DNA from: Thermoanaerobaculia bacterium
Lineage (GTDB): Bacteria; Acidobacteriota; Thermoanaerobaculia; Multivoradales; JAGPDF01
Length of the DNA stretch: 64,000 nt
Assembly: GCA_039932315.1 (NCBI GenBank)
Contig: JBDTQG010000001.1
Span: 10,232-74,231, forward strand
Direction of reading: 5' to 3'
Shown here: piece after piece, positions 62,165-64,000 of the stretch
How positions within the stretch are numbered: position 1 is the stretch's first letter
Layout of the letters: every line of letters begins with the position of its first letter
Translations under genes and position numbers: made by a program
The notes under the pieces: generated by a model
The model's database searches: none
What the model saw: the letters and a program-made list of their open reading frames with translations, nothing else
Told to the model about the DNA's origin: nothing

Positions 62165-62560
62165 TCAGCTGTGCACGGGAACCGGCAGCGGCCGGCCGTC
62201 CTGCCCGACGTGCACGAAGACCATCTCGGCTTCGGTGACCTTGACGCGCGGCCCGCCCGGGTAGCCGCGCTCGGCCTGAACCATCACTTCGACCGTCACG
62301 GAGGTCGTCCCCACCCGTTTCGTGCGGGTGAAGAAGCTCACGAGATCCCCGACGAAAACCGGGGCGTGGAAAACGACCTCGCGCATCGATACGGTGACGA
62401 TGCGTCCGGCGACCGTGCGGTGGGCCTCGACCGCTCCGGCCTGGTCGATGTAGGAAAGGATCACGCCGCCGAAAATCGTGCCGAGCGCGTTGGTGTCCTT
62501 GGGCATCATGATGACGCGAATGGCCGGCATCGCGTTGAACGGATTCTCTTCGCTGGACAT
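62165..62560 (-). CDS. Acyl-CoA thioesterase (hotdog fold, YciA-like)
   Basis: These 131 codons start at MSSEENPF within the 62165..62704 ORF. The sequence contains MPKDTNALGTIFGGVILSYIDQAG. Confidence 0.85.
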   Translation of the reverse strand: MSSEENPFNAMPAIRVIMMPKDTNALGTIFGGVILSYIDQAGAVEAHRTVAGRIVTVSMREVVFHAPVFVGDLVSFFTRTKRVGTTSVTVEVMVQAERGYPGGPRVKVTEAEMVFVHVGQDGRPLPVPVHS

Positions 62561-62642
62561 CGGCTTCCTCGCCCGGGCTGGTGAAAGGCGCGCCTCGGGC
62601 CGCAGCAGCCATGTTATCGTACGGCCTCCTTCCGGCCCTGCG

Positions 62643-63239
62643 ATGGCGATCGATTCCGGCTCTCCGACCCCGATCCGCTCCAGCGATGACCTGGCGCTCG
62701 TCAAGCGCGTGGTCGACCGCCGGCAGGAGGCATTGGCCGAGCTCTACGATCGCTACTCGCCGCTGCTCCTCGCCGTCGCACGTCGCATCGTCGGTAACCC
62801 CTCTGACGCCGAGGAAGTGCTGCAGGAAACCTTCTTCCAGGCGTGGAACCAGGCAGAACGCTACGACTCGGGCCGGTCATCCGTCTCGACGTGGCTGGTG
62901 TTGATCGCGCGCAGCCGCGCGCTCGACCGTCTCCGCCAGCGGCAATCGCGGGAACGGACGGCGATCGCCGCGGAAGCCGAGCCCAAAGCCCCGGATGCGT
63001 CCGCTCGGTTCGATGAAACCGTATTGACACAAGAACGACGGAAGCGCGTCCAGAAGTCGATGGCCGATCTTCCGTCCGAGCAGCGCGAAGTCCTGTCGCT
63101 GGCGTTCTTCGAGGGCCTGTCGCAGACCGAGATCGCCGAACGTACGGGCACGCCGCTCGGAACCGTGAAAACGCGAGCGTTGCTTGCGATGAAGAAACTG
63201 CGACGCGATCTCCGTGCGGAGATCCGGGAGCTCATGTGA
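62643..63239 (+). CDS. ECF sigma factor (RpoE-like)
   Basis: The ATG at 62643 lies within the 62478..63239 ORF. Region 2 is EEVLQETFFQAWNQAERYD and region 4 is LSQTEIAERTGTPLGTVKTRA. Confidence 0.85.
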   Translation: MAIDSGSPTPIRSSDDLALVKRVVDRRQEALAELYDRYSPLLLAVARRIVGNPSDAEEVLQETFFQAWNQAERYDSGRSSVSTWLVLIARSRALDRLRQRQSRERTAIAAEAEPKAPDASARFDETVLTQERRKRVQKSMADLPSEQREVLSLAFFEGLSQTEIAERTGTPLGTVKTRALLAMKKLRRDLRAEIRELM

Positions 63240-64000
63240 GCGAAGAGTTCGACCAGGAAGATTTAGCTGCCTTCGGGGTCCTCGACGACCTCGCTCGCGG
63301 CGGCTCGTGGGATGAACGCGATGACACCGCGTCCATCGACCCCGCGACCGCTTCGGCGACCGACGAGGCGGTCGAAGTCCTGCGCCGGCTCTATCTCGAG
63401 AGTCTCGGTCTGCTCGCCTACGATCTCGCGCCGGCACAGCCGCGCCCGGAGACGCGAGCGGTGCTGCTGGCGAATCTGATCGGCGACGAAACACAGGAAG
63501 TCGCGCCGTTGCGCGGCGGCTCCGCGACATCGTTGCCGGCGTCGGTCGCCGGTGCCTCCCGCGTGCCGCCGGTCTCCGCCGTCAGCGACTCGGGCGACTC
63601 TTCCGGTGATGTGCGAAACGGCGACGCCAACGGCGCTCGGGTGAGCGAATTCCGCGCTACTCCCGTTCGTGAGTCGCAGAACGCGCGCGTCCGGCGGAGC
63701 CGGTGGCCGCTCGCTCTCGCGGCGCTCTTCGCCTTTGCAGCGATCGGCCTCGGTCTCTGGTCGGCGATGCTCACCTCGGAAGTCGCATATCGCGACTCGC
63801 AGATCCGAGGACTTGAAGCGAGACTCGCCGACGCGGATCTCAAGGGGAAAGAGCTCGAAGCGGCGAAGCTCGAGCTCTCGCAGCTCGAACAGCGCTACGT
63901 CTTCGTGACGGCTCCTGCGGTCGCCGTCTACACGATGCGGCCGCCGGCGGCGGGAGGTCTGCAGCCGACCGCTCGAGGGCATCTCTTCCTCGCCGCGGAT
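63236..64000 (+). CDS. Anti-sigma factor candidate (single TM, RskA-like extracytoplasmic part); 3' end runs off the window
   Basis: This gene is absent from the ORF track because no stop lies before the window end. The GTG start overlaps the sigma stop (GTGA). Manual translation gives VSEEFDQEDLAAFGVLDD..., the TM helix WPLALAALFAFAAIGLGLWSAML, then a coiled-coil-like segment. Confidence 0.6.
   Translation, partial: MSEEFDQEDLAAFGVLDDLARGGSWDERDDTASIDPATASATDEAVEVLRRLYLESLGLLAYDLAPAQPRPETRAVLLANLIGDETQEVAPLRGGSATSLPASVAGASRVPPVSAVSDSGDSSGDVRNGDANGARVSEFRATPVRESQNARVRRSRWPLALAALFAFAAIGLGLWSAMLTSEVAYRDSQIRGLEARLADADLKGKELEAAKLELSQLEQRYVFVTAPAVAVYTMRPPAAGGLQPTARGHLFLAAD

Noticed and set aside
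1-64000. Mobile genetic elements, prophage or an integrated island
   Set aside because: I found no integrase, transposase, recombinase, phage structural genes, terminal inverted repeats or tRNA-flanked direct repeats. The only compositional oddity noticed by eye is the small orphan gene at 11692-12240.

Overview
This is a visibly GC-rich, gene-dense bacterial chromosomal segment. I did not compute GC content. I can support about 55 protein-coding genes, many joined by 4-nt NTGA stop/start overlaps. I found no rRNA, tRNA, CRISPR array, transposase or integrase.

The housekeeping content includes:
- an ABC exporter
- heme O synthase with SCO1 and DUF420
- exonuclease VII (xseAB)
- MoeB and MoaDE
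- an M16 peptidase pair
- an acyl-CoA carboxylase beta subunit
- Tag, Ada, PPK2, NDH-2, Tdk, ErpA, YgfZ and two SDRs

Several features together suggest an Acidobacteriota-like organism, by inference only: a VWFA-related Acidobacterial-type VWA protein, two Ser/Thr kinase-TPR proteins, ECF sigma factors and many TPR/beta-helix envelope proteins.

The most unusual signals are:
1. Three otherwise unrelated secreted proteins share a short C-terminal F-x-DGFE-x(4-5)-W-x(3)-P tail. They lie in two similarly organised loci, each beside a Ser/Thr kinase-TPR gene.
2. One of these three ORFs has no stop codon where its paralogous tails end, and runs on into the antisense shadow of the kinase gene.
3. 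An Fpg/Nei DNA glycosylase runs in frame, with no stop, into a signal-peptide-like segment and an HExxH (DUF1570-like) domain.
4. Two conserved genes appear to start at CTG inside CTGA overlaps, and xseA lacks any canonical start at its conserved N-terminus.
5. There are two tightly coupled operons of poorly understood function: PPIase / sulfatase-like-TPR / PPIase / spermidine-synthase-like-TPR, and DUF1446 / DUF4387 / crotonase / HAD / YgfZ.
6. There are small tandem repeats in two divergent promoter regions.

All functional calls come from my own recognition of motifs in the supplied translations. No database search was run.
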